Source: Geosiphon pyriformis uo1 (Eukaryota > Fungi > Glomeromycota). Taken from it: a stretch of 64,000 nucleotides of DNA. Of the stretch, positions 28,401-39,897 are shown piece after piece. Positions within the stretch are counted from its first letter, which is position 1. Every line of letters begins with the position of its first letter. The DNA is taken from positions 618,346-682,345 of the forward strand of contig JAAOMT010000239.1 of the NCBI GenBank assembly GCA_016748015.1, written 5' to 3'. Position numbers and translations under genes: made by a program. Under the pieces are notes generated by a model. It did no database searches. It saw nothing but the letters and a program-made list of their open reading frames with translations, and was not told where the DNA came from.

Positions 28401-31200
28401 TTCTTCTTGCAAACCGAGCATTCTAGCTTTGGTCTGCGTCGCTGGTGGTTTCTTCGTGAACTTACCTGGTTCTATTCAGATCTTTCTTCGCTGGTCCACG
28501 TTGGTACGGCTGGTAGTCCTGTTCTTTGGTCATCAGCCCAAGAGAGCTGATAGGTTTCGATGGCTGGTAGTGCTGGATTTTCCTCAAATTCGAAGGTAGG
28601 TCTTTGGTTGGCACTGGGTTTTTGGAAGTGGCCACAGGTGGCTGGAATTTTGGCCTGGTGGCCATTATAATTGATCAGAAGCTCTTGGGTGGTCCAGTCT
28701 AGGGTGGCGTTGGCTTTTGTTAGCCAGTCATTCCCTACTAACACTTGATATTGTGTAGCGTCCATTACTAATACTTTTGTAGGTATTACTATGCTGTTAA
28801 TTTCGAAAGGGAATGAGTCGATTTCGCCATAAGGCAGCTTTGTACTTCCATCGGCTGTTATGATTTGGGACATCGTGGCACGATCAACTTTGAAACCCAG
28901 TTGGTTTACTAGTTGAAACGTTACGATGCTTCCAGCGGATCCACTGTCTAAGATAAGTTTGATTGGGGTATTGTTTACAGTGGCTTCCGTATACATAGCA
29001 GTGATTGGGCGTTTTTCGTCCAATGCTGCTCCACTGAACATAGTCTCATTTTCCTCTAATTCAAAAGGAAAAATAGCTGCGAGGCTGCTATCTTCGGTGG
29101 CAACTGCTGGTGGTATTGTCTGGCTCAATTTGGAGGAATTCTTGGTTCTGTTTATGTTTCTACCATCATTGTTTCCGATGATCAGGTTTTCCGGTATATT
29201 AAGGTAAATTTGTTGATAATTTTGGTAGTTTGGATTGGTTTGCTGATTGGTTCCGGCGCAGTTTGGATTCCTCTGGACCAACGCGTTCTGGTTCCACATG
29301 GGCTGATTTCGGGCCTCAGGATGCCAATTCGGGTTGGCTATCATGGGCTGTTGCTGGTAAGCTCCTTGATTTTGATACATGGTGAGATATTGGCATGGTA
29401 TTGGCGTGTACTGGTTTCTGGGCATTTGGGGTGGCGCATAGTAATTATTTTCGCGTGCTTCCTGCATCATTCGCGTTCGACATTGACTAATCAAATGTCC
29501 TACGCATTTGCAAAAATGGCAGGCGCGTGTTTCTGTTCTGAATTCCTGGCGCGACAAGCAATTATTTCAACTGTCACTGACTTCCTGGCTGCGTCTTTGG
29601 GGTGGTTGGTATGTATTTTTTCTCGGATCCGGGATGAGGTAACTTTCTATTTTCTTAGAGAGTTTCTTCCCTAATCACGTTACTCTTTTCTCTAATGTTT
29701 CTGTCTTATTTTCCTCCATTACCATGTTAACCATTTGACTATGGTTAGCTTCTTTCTCAGCCGATTCAAGGGCTCTGGCGAGCGTAACGGCTTCTGGTAA
29801 GGAATTAGGGTGGGCAGGGCGTACTCTTCCTAAAATGCTGCTTTTTAATCCTCTAATAAACTGATTTAAAACCTGAGGATCAGTGTAGTATCCTTGTTCA
29901 ATCGCTTCAATCTGACGGCGAATTCGATTGAATCGAGCAAGGTATTGGGTGACAGTTTCACTGGTATTTTGCTTGATAGTATTGAATTCGTTCTGTAGTT
30001 GNNNNNNNNNNNNNNNNNNNNNNNNNNNNNNNNNNNNNNNNNNNNNNNNNNNNNNNNNNNNNNNNNNNNNNNNNNNNNNNNNNNNNNNNNNNNNNNNNNN
30101 NNNNNNNNNNNNNNNGCGAAGCTCGTGGGTTTTGTTTCCAGGCTTTGATACCACGAGTCGGCTGTGCCTTTCAGGAAGAAAGGTAATGTTTGAATTGCTC
30201 TTTGGTCATTCTAGTTATTTGCCTGGATGGCTTTTTGTGCTTCTCTGAGCCATGTGTGCACGTCCGTTTCTTCTTCCTCTCCTGAGAAATCTGTTAGTCT
30301 TGTAATGTATGGTGTGGTCATTTCGTTGCCATTTTCTGCTGGTGGGTTTATTGGTCTAAGAGGAGGTGGGATGATATTTCCTTGAGCGTTCCTAAAAGTG
30401 GCTTCCCTTATATCCGGTTCTTCCTCTTGATCACAAATTTCTTGGTTTCTGGACTGGCTGCTTGTTCCAGTGACTGGTCTTGTGATTGTTTTTTCGCTGG
30501 TCTCTTTTTCGGATTCTGATTCAGACTCCTCTTCATGGTTTTCAAACCCCATTCTAAATTTTGGCTGAAAAAGAGGGTTTTGGAATAGTGATGAATATTC
30601 TCCTGTAATTAGTATGTCTCCCCAGTTACGTTGTTTAATTTTATCAATATAACTAGGAGTTCTTGGCATTTGTGGAGTTGATGTTGATGATGATGCAGCT
30701 CCTAATGGAATTTGTATCTTATTTTCTGGTGAAAAATGGTATGATTTATCTTCTGGTGAATAAATACATTGTTTCTTTATTGATTGAGTGACAGTTTTCT
30801 TTGGCGTTTGAGCTGGTGTTCCTAGTTTTTGCTGGTTACTTTCCTGATTAGTTTCTAAATTTTCTTTGGTTTTGTTGGCGCATTCCCTAGTGTTTCCTGT
30901 GAATATTGGAAAATTTTTGTTGGCGTATTGCTCAATTTCTCGATGGATTTTGACAATAGTTGCAGCTATTACTGCTACTTCTTTTGTAGTGTATTGTGAT
31001 AATTTTCTATACAATCCAAGTTTTGTGTCATATGGTTCTTCTTCCTTTCCTATATGATAATTTATTCTGGCATTGATATAATAAGTGAGGGCAGATTCTG
31101 CTGGACAACACCCTTCTGGTAATCCAAGATCACTTTGATTTTGTGTGTAAATAGCATGGCAGAATTCAAGAACAGTAAGATTAGGGGTTTTTGTTGCCAC
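25452..31200 (-). pseudogene. gag-pol of B: CA, CCHC, protease, Cys module, dUTPase (~27290-27685), RT (partly in gap), RNase H
   Basis: CHFCKCVGHLISQC in frame with KLILDSGSAGS; AHPTDAGFDL, SRSSLAK, GGVIDSGYTG; YLDD; LATDASG, YASRSL, ADCLSRM. Confidence 0.9.
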
Positions 31201-31263
31201 TTTTGTCTTTTCCTTTTTAGCAATGAATTATTGCTAATTATTATTTCTTTTTTGATTTTCTTT

Positions 31264-31280
31264 CCTCATAGGGCTTACCA
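31264..31280 (-). promoter_or_regulatory. Primer-binding site of B (TGGTAAGCCCTATGAGG)
   Basis: TGG two nt inside the 5' LTR end; differs from the A/C/D PBS. Confidence 0.8.
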
Positions 31281-31282
31281 AA

Positions 31283-32020
31283 TGTTACGGGATGGTTTTC
31301 TTGTTATATTTAATTGCTGATATCCTGCTTTAATTGCAATCAGTCTTTCGTGAGTTCCTTAATTCTATTTGTGTGATAATGTCACTGTTACACTGAAGGC
31401 TTTCTTTTTACTGTTGCGATGTAAGTTATTCTTTAATTCTTGATTGTTGTGTGTGTTTATGTACTCCTTCTCAGAGGCTGAACTGAAATCTACCCACTGT
31501 CTGGGGTCTTTTCTGAGGCTATCCTTGCAATTGCCTGATGTGTTTCTCTAATCTAGAAACACAGAATGTTAATGGTCTTTAGCGCTTTTCTAATTCTCAC
31601 AANNNNNNNNNNNNNNNNNNNNGTTTTAAATATTTCTTTTTGATTTTTAAAGGTTTCTTGGGATATTTAATTTGAAAGTATGATTTAAAGTGGAGTTTGT
31701 TGGATAAAATTGGATCTATTGCTTGATAAGTTATGATTTTTATTACTTGATTGATTATTTCCCAATATTAAAACTACTGTATATATACATGTTTGTAGTT
31801 CTACGAGAAAATACTTTCTTTTTGATATTTCAACCTGGTATTTGCTGCTATCACCAGTTGGTGTTGACTGCTATTGTGAACTGGTGCTTGCCACTATCGC
31901 AAGATGGTGTTTGCTACTATGTTAATCATTACCTTTCTAAGATTATTACTGTGCTATATTATGATTGAATAGTTTGTATTATTTTTATGATTCTTTTTTC
32001 TAAATTCTTAAACTGTAACA
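31283..32020 (-). repeat. 5' LTR of B (contains an N gap)
   Basis: Direct repeat of 24197-25054. Confidence 0.95.
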
Positions 32021-32064
32021 GCAGTCATAAAATAGAAAAAATACTTAAGTCAAAAATTTGATGT

Positions 32065-32616
32065 TGTTATGGGTAAACTTGATGGGTATGGGAAATAATA
32101 ATGTTTGGTGCTCTTAATTATTAATGATGCATCTTCCATGTAATTCTGTTGGCTTGGTCTTGATTATTAGTCTCTGAAGGTCTATTCCTGGATGTAAATT
32201 TTACCCATTGAGTTCTTTGGTTATAAAGCACAGAGTTTGTCTTTTGTCGATTGCAATGTTTTTCGTAAATGTGAGCTTTTTTTTCCGAGCTAATGAGTGT
32301 AGTCGTTAGGGTCTGGTGTTGTCTTTTCGTTCTTCTGGTAAGCTAACAAGATAATGTTAATATCCAAAACTTAGGGGGAGCTTTCCTCTTTTATCAGGCT
32401 ATCACGAAGTCTATTCCCAGACAGTCAATTTTACTATGTTGCCGCTCCACAAAAAAATAAGAGAGAAAAAGAAAGAAAAAGAAAAAGAAAAAGAAAAGAA
32501 AAGAAAAGAGAGAAAAAATAAATTAGTATTGTCAATTGCTGTGATCAAAAGTGATTGGTCCAAATTGTTAATAGATTTGAGATGGTTATGCTAAGAGCAT
32601 CTGTTCTAGAATGGAG
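32065..32616 (-). repeat. 3' LTR of C, U3 side and PPT deleted
   Basis: Identity to the 5' LTR stops abruptly after gttctagaatggag. Confidence 0.85.
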
Positions 32617-32699
32617 CATGTTAAAATTTCTATCGTTTCTTGCTGCTTTTTGGATACTATATATATTTGAATTCCCCAATTTAATTTGCTGCCCGTTGT

Positions 32700-34067
32700 C
32701 TACGTTTCAATGATGATGATTGGTTCCAGATTTCGTGGTATATCTTCTGATCTGATTAATAAAATTTGTGTTCCTAGTTGTGGTACTGATGACAATGATT
32801 CCTGTTTTACATGATAAATTTTTAACCAATTTCCATGCACTACTTTTTTTAAAATCCTGTCTTCCAATCGTAATTTATAAGCTTCATTTCCTAATGCTTC
32901 GTGTATGTGAAATAGACTGTTCCACTTTGGGTCAAACTTTTCATTCCACTGTTTCTCAGCTTTTGTATGATGTAATAATACTTGGTCTCCAATCTTGAAT
33001 TCCATTGGTTGTTCTGATAGGTGTTTATTATGTCTTTCTTTTTGTCGTTCTTGAACATGACTAATATTGTCAGCTGCTGTTCTTTGATTGTTTTCCAATG
33101 TTTCCATTAGCTGGTACATTCTTTGGTATAAGGTAGCCTCAAAATTCTCTTCATTGATTGTTTCCGTTGGATATGACGGTATCACTTGTTCAATCAGTAA
33201 CGTAGCTTTTCTTCTATAGACTAGTTCGAACGGTGTGAACTGAGTCGTATTTTGTTTCAATGTTCAGTATGCAAAGAGTACAGAAGGTATGAATAAGTCC
33301 CATTCTTGTCTGTTTTCATGACTTATTTTTGCTAGTGCTTCACACAGTGTTCTGTTAAACCATTCTACCAGTCCATTCATTTGTGGGTGGTATGGTGATG
33401 ATAAGAGTCTCTTTATTCCAAACTGTTGGCTTAGTTCAGTCAGCATATTATTAACGAAGTGTGTTCCCTAATCAGATAATAATTCTTTCAGACATCCATG
33501 TTGGCAAATTAGGTCTTGATGCATAAATTCGGTGACTGTTTTGGTGTCGGCCACTTGGATTGCTTTGGCTTCTGGCCATTTTGTAAGATAGTCTACAGCT
33601 ACAGCGATATAGCAATTTCCTTGGAATGTAATTGAAAGAGGTTCAACCAAATCGATCCCAATTCTATCAAATGGATTTCCAACTGGAATGGGTCGAAGTG
33701 GTTCTGTTGATCTTGCTCCTCCTTTTCGCTGGCATGTGTCACAATTGAGCATGTATTCGAAAATGTCTTTGTGCATCGTTGGCCAATAGTATAAGTTTAG
33801 TGTTCTTTTGAGGGTAGCGTCTTTGTTAAAGTGTCCTGCAGTCGGATTTGAGTGCACACTATATAGTATAGTTTCTCTTTCACTGTCTGTGATTAGTTGC
33901 TGTGGATTGGGGTGGTTTTGGCATTCTCGTCGATATAGTTGGTTGTCTTGAATAAAATAATTTCGGGCTTGTTTTTATATGGTACTCTGTTTTTGTTGAG
34001 ATAATATCTCCTTGAAACATAGTGTTGATAGGTACTGATGTAGTCATTGATAAGTGAGTGTGTCCAT
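32700..34067 (-). pseudogene. Integrase of C, separate ORF
   Basis: H..GHF/CDTC zinc-binding motif, GIDLV, LLSD, YHPQMNGLVE; decayed GPF module; no chromodomain seen. Confidence 0.9.
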
Positions 34068-34077
34068 GGGTCTGGGA

Positions 34078-37000
34078 TTAGGTTTGTGGCATTCTTGACA
34101 AACTGTTGGCATTAGTGTTCTTGGATCTTTTCTTGTAATGGACTTTGAGTGGGAATTGTTGCAGATAAGTACTCCATCTTGCATATTTTTTTTCTAGTTG
34201 TGGATTGTTGAGTAACCAAATAAGTCCTTTGTGGTTGGTATATAGGTCAAATGGTTAACTAAGGTAATGTTTCCAAGTCTGTATGGCCCAATAAATGGTG
34301 AAACATTCCAGATCTGTTGTGCTGTAATTTTTTTCTGCTGGGCTAGTGCTGCAACTAGCATAGGCAATTGGGTGTTCTCTATTGTCTGGTCCTATCTGTG
34401 ATAAGACTGCTTCTAGAGCATTTTTCAAGGCATCTGTAGCAACAATGAACCATTTAGTGAAATCTGGGTAAATCAGGATTGGGGATGTAATCAATTGCTG
34501 CTTGAGATAGTCGAATGCTTTCTGTTGATCTTCCTTCCACAAGTATGGTACGTATTTAGACAACAATTAATAGAGTGATTTTGTGATGTTCGAGAAATCG
34601 ATGATAATATCCTGCTAATCCTAGAAATCCTCATAATTCTCTGAGGTTGATTGGGGCTGGAAAATCCTTGACTTTTTGTACTTTATCTGGATCGGGTTTA
34701 ACTCTGTCCTTGCTGATTACATGTCCTAGGAATTTTAACTCAGTTTTTCTAAAGAAGCACTTCTTGGGATTGAGTTTTAATCTGGCACTATGAAGGCATT
34801 CGAAGACTTGTTGCAGGTGGAGCAGATAGTCTTCAAATGTTTCGGAGAACACATTTGTGTTGTCTAGGTAGACTACTACTGATTTCCAAAGAATTCTTTT
34901 GTATACTACATCTATCAGGCGTTGAAACATGGCAGGAACATTACAAAGTCCAAAAGACATTACATTAAACTCGAAGTTTCCGTCTCGAGTGGTAAACGCT
35001 GTTTTTTCTTTGTCTTTGGGGTTCATTTCAACTTGCCAGTAACCACTTGCTAAATCTAATAATGAGAACCATTTCTTTTTCCTTAGATTGTCCAGAATTT
35101 CTTGGATGAAAGGAGTGGGATAACTATCTCTTTGCATGACACTATTTAGTTTTCGATAATCTACACAGAATTGTACTTTTCCATTTTTCTTGGTGACCAA
35201 GACTACTGGCAAAGACCAAGGGCTTAACAATTCTTTAATTAGGCCATTATCAAGCATCCGTTGCACTTCTTGCTTAATTAGGTTATCGCCAGATGGGAGT
35301 ATGTGGTAAGCTCGTTGCTTAATTGGTCGAGCATCTCCTGTATCAATCTGATGCTTCACGATGTCAGTGAGTTCGAACTCATTTTCACTGGCAAAGACAT
35401 TGGCATACTAATTCAGAAGGACTTTGAGTTGCATTTGTTGCAGGGTACTTAAATTTCCTAAATTCAATTTATTGATCTCTTCTGGTGTGAACAAGTAACT
35501 TTCTTTTGGCAAATTCCATACTTGTAAGGTAATGTCACAGAATAAGAATAATTGTGCGAAATCTGGAATGGACTGGAGTTTTTCAGGATTCTGATTATCT
35601 GCAGATATGGAACCGACGAGGGTCTCTTCAGGGATTTTAATGACATCTTCTGTCGGATTGTAGATGGGGATTTTGAAGTGTTTATGGGCTTTGGCTGGTA
35701 GGTATAGATTAGCAACATCGGCTAGAGAACAGATTTTGGGACTGGCTTTGAATAATAGGGCTTGATCTTAGATCTTTCAATTCACCTTGAGAATGTATTG
35801 TTAGTATGAAGGAATAGAGATAATGGTGTCAGTGTGGATAAATTCTATCTGGTCACTGTTTTTTTCCATAAAATTAACTGGTACATTTCCTCTTCCACTT
35901 GATCCAAATCTGTTGATTCCTTGGGCAGTGAGACCTAACTCTTCTCGGATTGTTACCGAGGTTAATTGGAGTATTTTGACTAAGAGTAGGAAGATAGTTT
36001 GGGCAATCTTTTCTTGTGATTCTATTTTGTAGGGTCTGTTCAAATTGTTCTGTAGCATCACGATGATGTTTCCTGTGTAACCAGCATTGATAATTCCTCC
36101 TTTTATGTCGATTCCTTTCTTGGCTAGACTAGATTGAGAGGCAATTTGTACCATTGTACTAACAGGAATTTCTAATGCTATCTTACAATCTATTTTTACG
36201 AGGGAATATGGGACTATAATAATGGGTAATTGTCTGGGGTATTGTAGGTCAAAACCGGCATCTGTATTATATGCTCTTTTGGGGCAGATTCCTTCCTCGT
36301 TGTCACTATACCATTTTAGCTCTAGTTTTTTGGATAGGTTGGAATACGCGAGATACTGTTCTGTTTCAGTATCCTCAATTGGATCTTGAAACGACATGTC
36401 CACAGTGATTAATACCTCTTCTTCGGGTTCAGGTAGTTCAGTGATTGGAAACAGTATTCTTGGAAGCGGATTAAACATGAGATCACATTTATCACAGTAC
36501 TAGAAGTGACAGGGAATCAAACAGTAATCACATAGTTTGGTATTCAAATTGGCCAACCTTTGCTCCTGTTTCTCATGAGTTGGGGCCAATTCCTGATATT
36601 GGTTTTGAAATGCGTCTGGGTCATCTGTGAAGAAATCATCCTCAGGGTAGTCAGGTTTAGTATATTCAGGCATCCAAGAGTTGTCCTTAATTTCTTGTAT
36701 TTCTTCGAACATGGTGCCTTCGGCCTTGGCACTTGCCATTCTCCAGATTTTGTGGTCATTGTGTAGATAACTGTCTAGTCTGTTGAGTGCTCATTTCCAA
36801 GCGTCCTTGATGGAGATTCCCTTTCATATCCAATCATTAATTAATATGGTGTATTGACAAGCCTCGTCATATGTTCTTCCTCTGCCAGGCATATTATTCC
36901 AGAGTTCTTTATCTGGCAGGATTTCGCCATATGCAAGGCACGACGTGTGGTCCCACTTGTCTTGTTGTTTTGGTCATCCAAATCTTTTCAGTAAACAAGG

Positions 37001-39835
37001 CCTGCAATAATATTTAGTGGTGGTGGGCCATTCTTTGTTGTCCCTGATACATGTGTCTATAATGGATAGTTTTTTTCCACAATTGATACATATTAGTTTT
37101 GGAAGTTGGTAAAATAAGTTTCTTTGGTCTGAGGTTACATATCCTAGTGATGATGATTGGGGTTCTTTTTCAGCTCTGCCTTTTTCTTTTTCTTCCCAGA
37201 TTGGTGGTGGGGGTAGTTCAGTTCGATAATCATCTGTTCATGAAACCTGATAGGTCTCGATGGTTGGTGGCATTGATGTGTCTTCGAATTCAATAAAAAG
37301 TTTCTCGGTATGTTGGTTTTTAAAGTGTCTGCACATAGCTGGAACTCGGGCATGCTGTCCGTTGAACGTGAGTTGAAGTTCTTGGGTGTTTCAGTCAAGA
37401 ATAGTATTGGCTTTTGACAACCAGTTGTTTCCTACTAGAGCTTGATATTGAGTAGCTTCCATGACAAGTACTTTGGTAGGGATTTGGATTCTATTAATCT
37501 CGAAGGGAAAGTTGTCAATTTCTTCTATCAGGGTTTTTGTGTTCCCATCTGCTGTAATAATCCAAGTGGTAGCAGCACAGTCTACTCGGCGACCTAGTTG
37601 GTCCATGAGCTGCTTCATGATTATGCTACCAGCTGATCTGCTATCCAAGATTAATTTAATGTCTATTCCTCCAATTCTGGCATCAGTGTATAGGGCCATT
37701 ATTGGTTTATCCTGATTGATGGCTGCTCCACTAAAAAGGCTATGTGTATTCAAATTATTGATGTCAAAAAGAAATATGGCAGCTAGGGTGGTGTCTTCGG
37801 TAATAGTAGCTGGTGGGATATTGCTTTTTGTTTGCTTGGAAGGTTGGGAGATTTGTTCTATATTCCCTCCTTCCACAGATGTAGATTTATCAAAACCCTG
37901 GTCTTCTATAAGACCGAGATAGGAAGCTTGATTCGGGTATTCAGTTGGTGTTGGTCAAGATTGGGCAAGACCACAAGAGATTGGTCGAGACGGTCCACTA
38001 TTGGTTTGCACCTAATTGTTATTGGGATTCCTCTATTCCTGATTATAGTCTATAGCTCGAGGTTTGGACGGGCTGTAAGGGGAAGTTTGATAGTGAGAGA
38101 TTGCTTGTGTTATTGGTGGTGGTTGATAATAATTCTGGGACAGTGGTTGAGTGTACAGGACTTGTTGTGTATATAAAGGCAGTTGATTCTGAAGTATGAA
38201 ATATTGGGGTACCATGTTTTGCTGATATCTGGGTTGCTGATATGGGTTTCCTTGATTTTGGTTCATGATCTTCCTTCTACAGTCATGGACAATATGTCCA
38301 AGTTTCTGGCAGTAGTAGCAGTTGCAGGGATCAGATCTCCAAAGTTGTTGCTGTGGGTATCTGCTGTTGTTGTTATTATCTTTCCGTTGGGGTGGTTGGT
38401 AAGTTCCTGTAGTTCTGGCTAAGAATCCCTCAATTTTTTGAGTTAGTTTCTCACTCAATTGGGTTATCTTTGCATTGATGTCAGAAGTTCTATTAATGGC
38501 TAAATTAATGGCTTGGGTATGGTTCGCTTCTTGTTCTGCAGACTCAAAATCGCGAGTAAGAGTGACAGCATCTTGTAAACTGGTCAGATGGCGGGGTTTT
38601 ATGGATCTTAGAATACTACTCCACAATCTTTTAATGAATTAATTAAGAACTTGCGCCGTGGTGTAGTAGTCCCTTTTAATAGCTAATATTTGACGCAGGA
38701 TTTGATTGAATCGTCCGAGATAAGTAGTTACTGCTTCATAATCTTTTTGTTTAATTATGCTGAATTGATTCTGCAATCGGATTAACGTATTGGGATCACA
38801 GAAGTATTGCAGAAATGCGAGTTTAAACTCAGTAAAGGAGGTAGGCTTCTCTACCAGGCTTTGGTACCACGAATTGGTGGTTCCAGTCAGAAAGAACAGC
38901 AGTGCCTGAACTGTGCGGTTGTTGTTCCAACTGTTAGTGGTAATTGCTTTCTTGGCATCCATGATTCAAGAATATGCATTATCTTCTTCACCAGAAAATT
39001 TTTCCAATTTAGCAATATCTCAGTAAGCCATGATTTGGTTAATGAGTGGGGTGTTACTGGTTATGTTTAAAGGGATTGGTGTCCACGTATTCGAGTGTTC
39101 TCTGGGTGCTAATGCTGGTTGCTTTCCTTTGTCGCTTGAACCAATAGGTTGTAAGATAGCTGTTTCTTCTGTCAGGGGAGATGCTGATTCTGCTAGGTTT
39201 TGTGTTGGTGGCTGTTCCCAAGTTGACGGGTTTCCTTCTGTTTGACTGGCTGCTGGGGTAAGATTTCCAAACAGCAATCTGTATTCTCCTAGTGATTTGG
39301 TCCAACTGTGTTGATTCCAAGGGTGTGGATTTCCAGGAGTTCATGGTGTTTCCGACTGGGTTTCCAGGAGTGGGTTGAATACAATTCTACTTTGGGGTGT
39401 CTGATGGTATAATGGAGTTGTTGGGAAGAGAACCCTTGATTTCTTGTTGACTGTGGACTTGGCTTGAGCAGTTACGGGGTTGTTGAATTTGTTTTCGTAT
39501 TCCTCAGGGTCGGATTCTACTGGTTGTTGTACTTGAGGGAATCATTGTGCCACGTAATATTTAATGTCTGTATCAATTATGCGCAGAGTTTCAGCAATTG
39601 CTTGGGTAGTCGTGGCTGTTGAGTACCCTAATAAGCTTTGATGGATTTGTTCTCCAAGTCTTTCTGTATCAGTTGTGCAGCCTAACAAGCAGTCAATTTT
39701 TGTGTTGATATAGTTACAAAAATCACTTTCTGCGTAAGCAGTTCCTGCTGATATTCCTAGATCTTTTCAAAAGTATTGAAATAATGCTTTTCCATATGAG
39801 GAGTGGTCTTTTCCTATTGTTCTAATAGTCACTAC
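34078..39835 (-). pseudogene. gag-pol of C: CA, CCHC, protease, Cys module, dUTPase (~35890-36320), RT, RNase H
   Basis: CYYCQKLGHIVHDC; KLILDSRSAGS; TDAGFDL, SQSSLAKKGI, GGIINAGYTG, FGSSG; LDLASGYWQ, YLDN; VATDA. Confidence 0.9.
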
Positions 39836-39897
39836 TTTTATGTATTTTTGGGGGTGTTCTGTCTCTGTAGATTTATAACCTCACAGAGAGCACCAAA

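Larger units (their letters stand above)
24197..32020 (-). mobile_element. Ty3/Gypsy element B; young, two LTRs, integrase core deleted
   Basis: Near-identical LTRs; 4-bp TSD GCAG at 24193-24196 and 32021-32024; PBS and PPT present; contains assembly gaps. Confidence 0.95.
17318..32064 (+). mobile_element. Ty3/Gypsy element A (family Y LTR); interrupted by B, truncated by C, no 3' half
   Basis: 5' LTR, PBS, gag-PR-Cys module-dUTPase-RT-RH; the RNase H sequence resumes at 32021-32064 after B. Confidence 0.9.

Noticed and set aside
28926-29674. Antisense ORFs opposite gag/protease (also 37461-38422, 42199-42438, 51951-52325)
   Set aside because: Shadow frames of the sense coding sequence, with no independent conservation of start or stop.
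32700-32860. Chromodomain at the integrase C-terminus
   Set aside because: Integrase ends shortly after the GPF module (..PIIIIE), with no chromodomain-like aromatic pattern.
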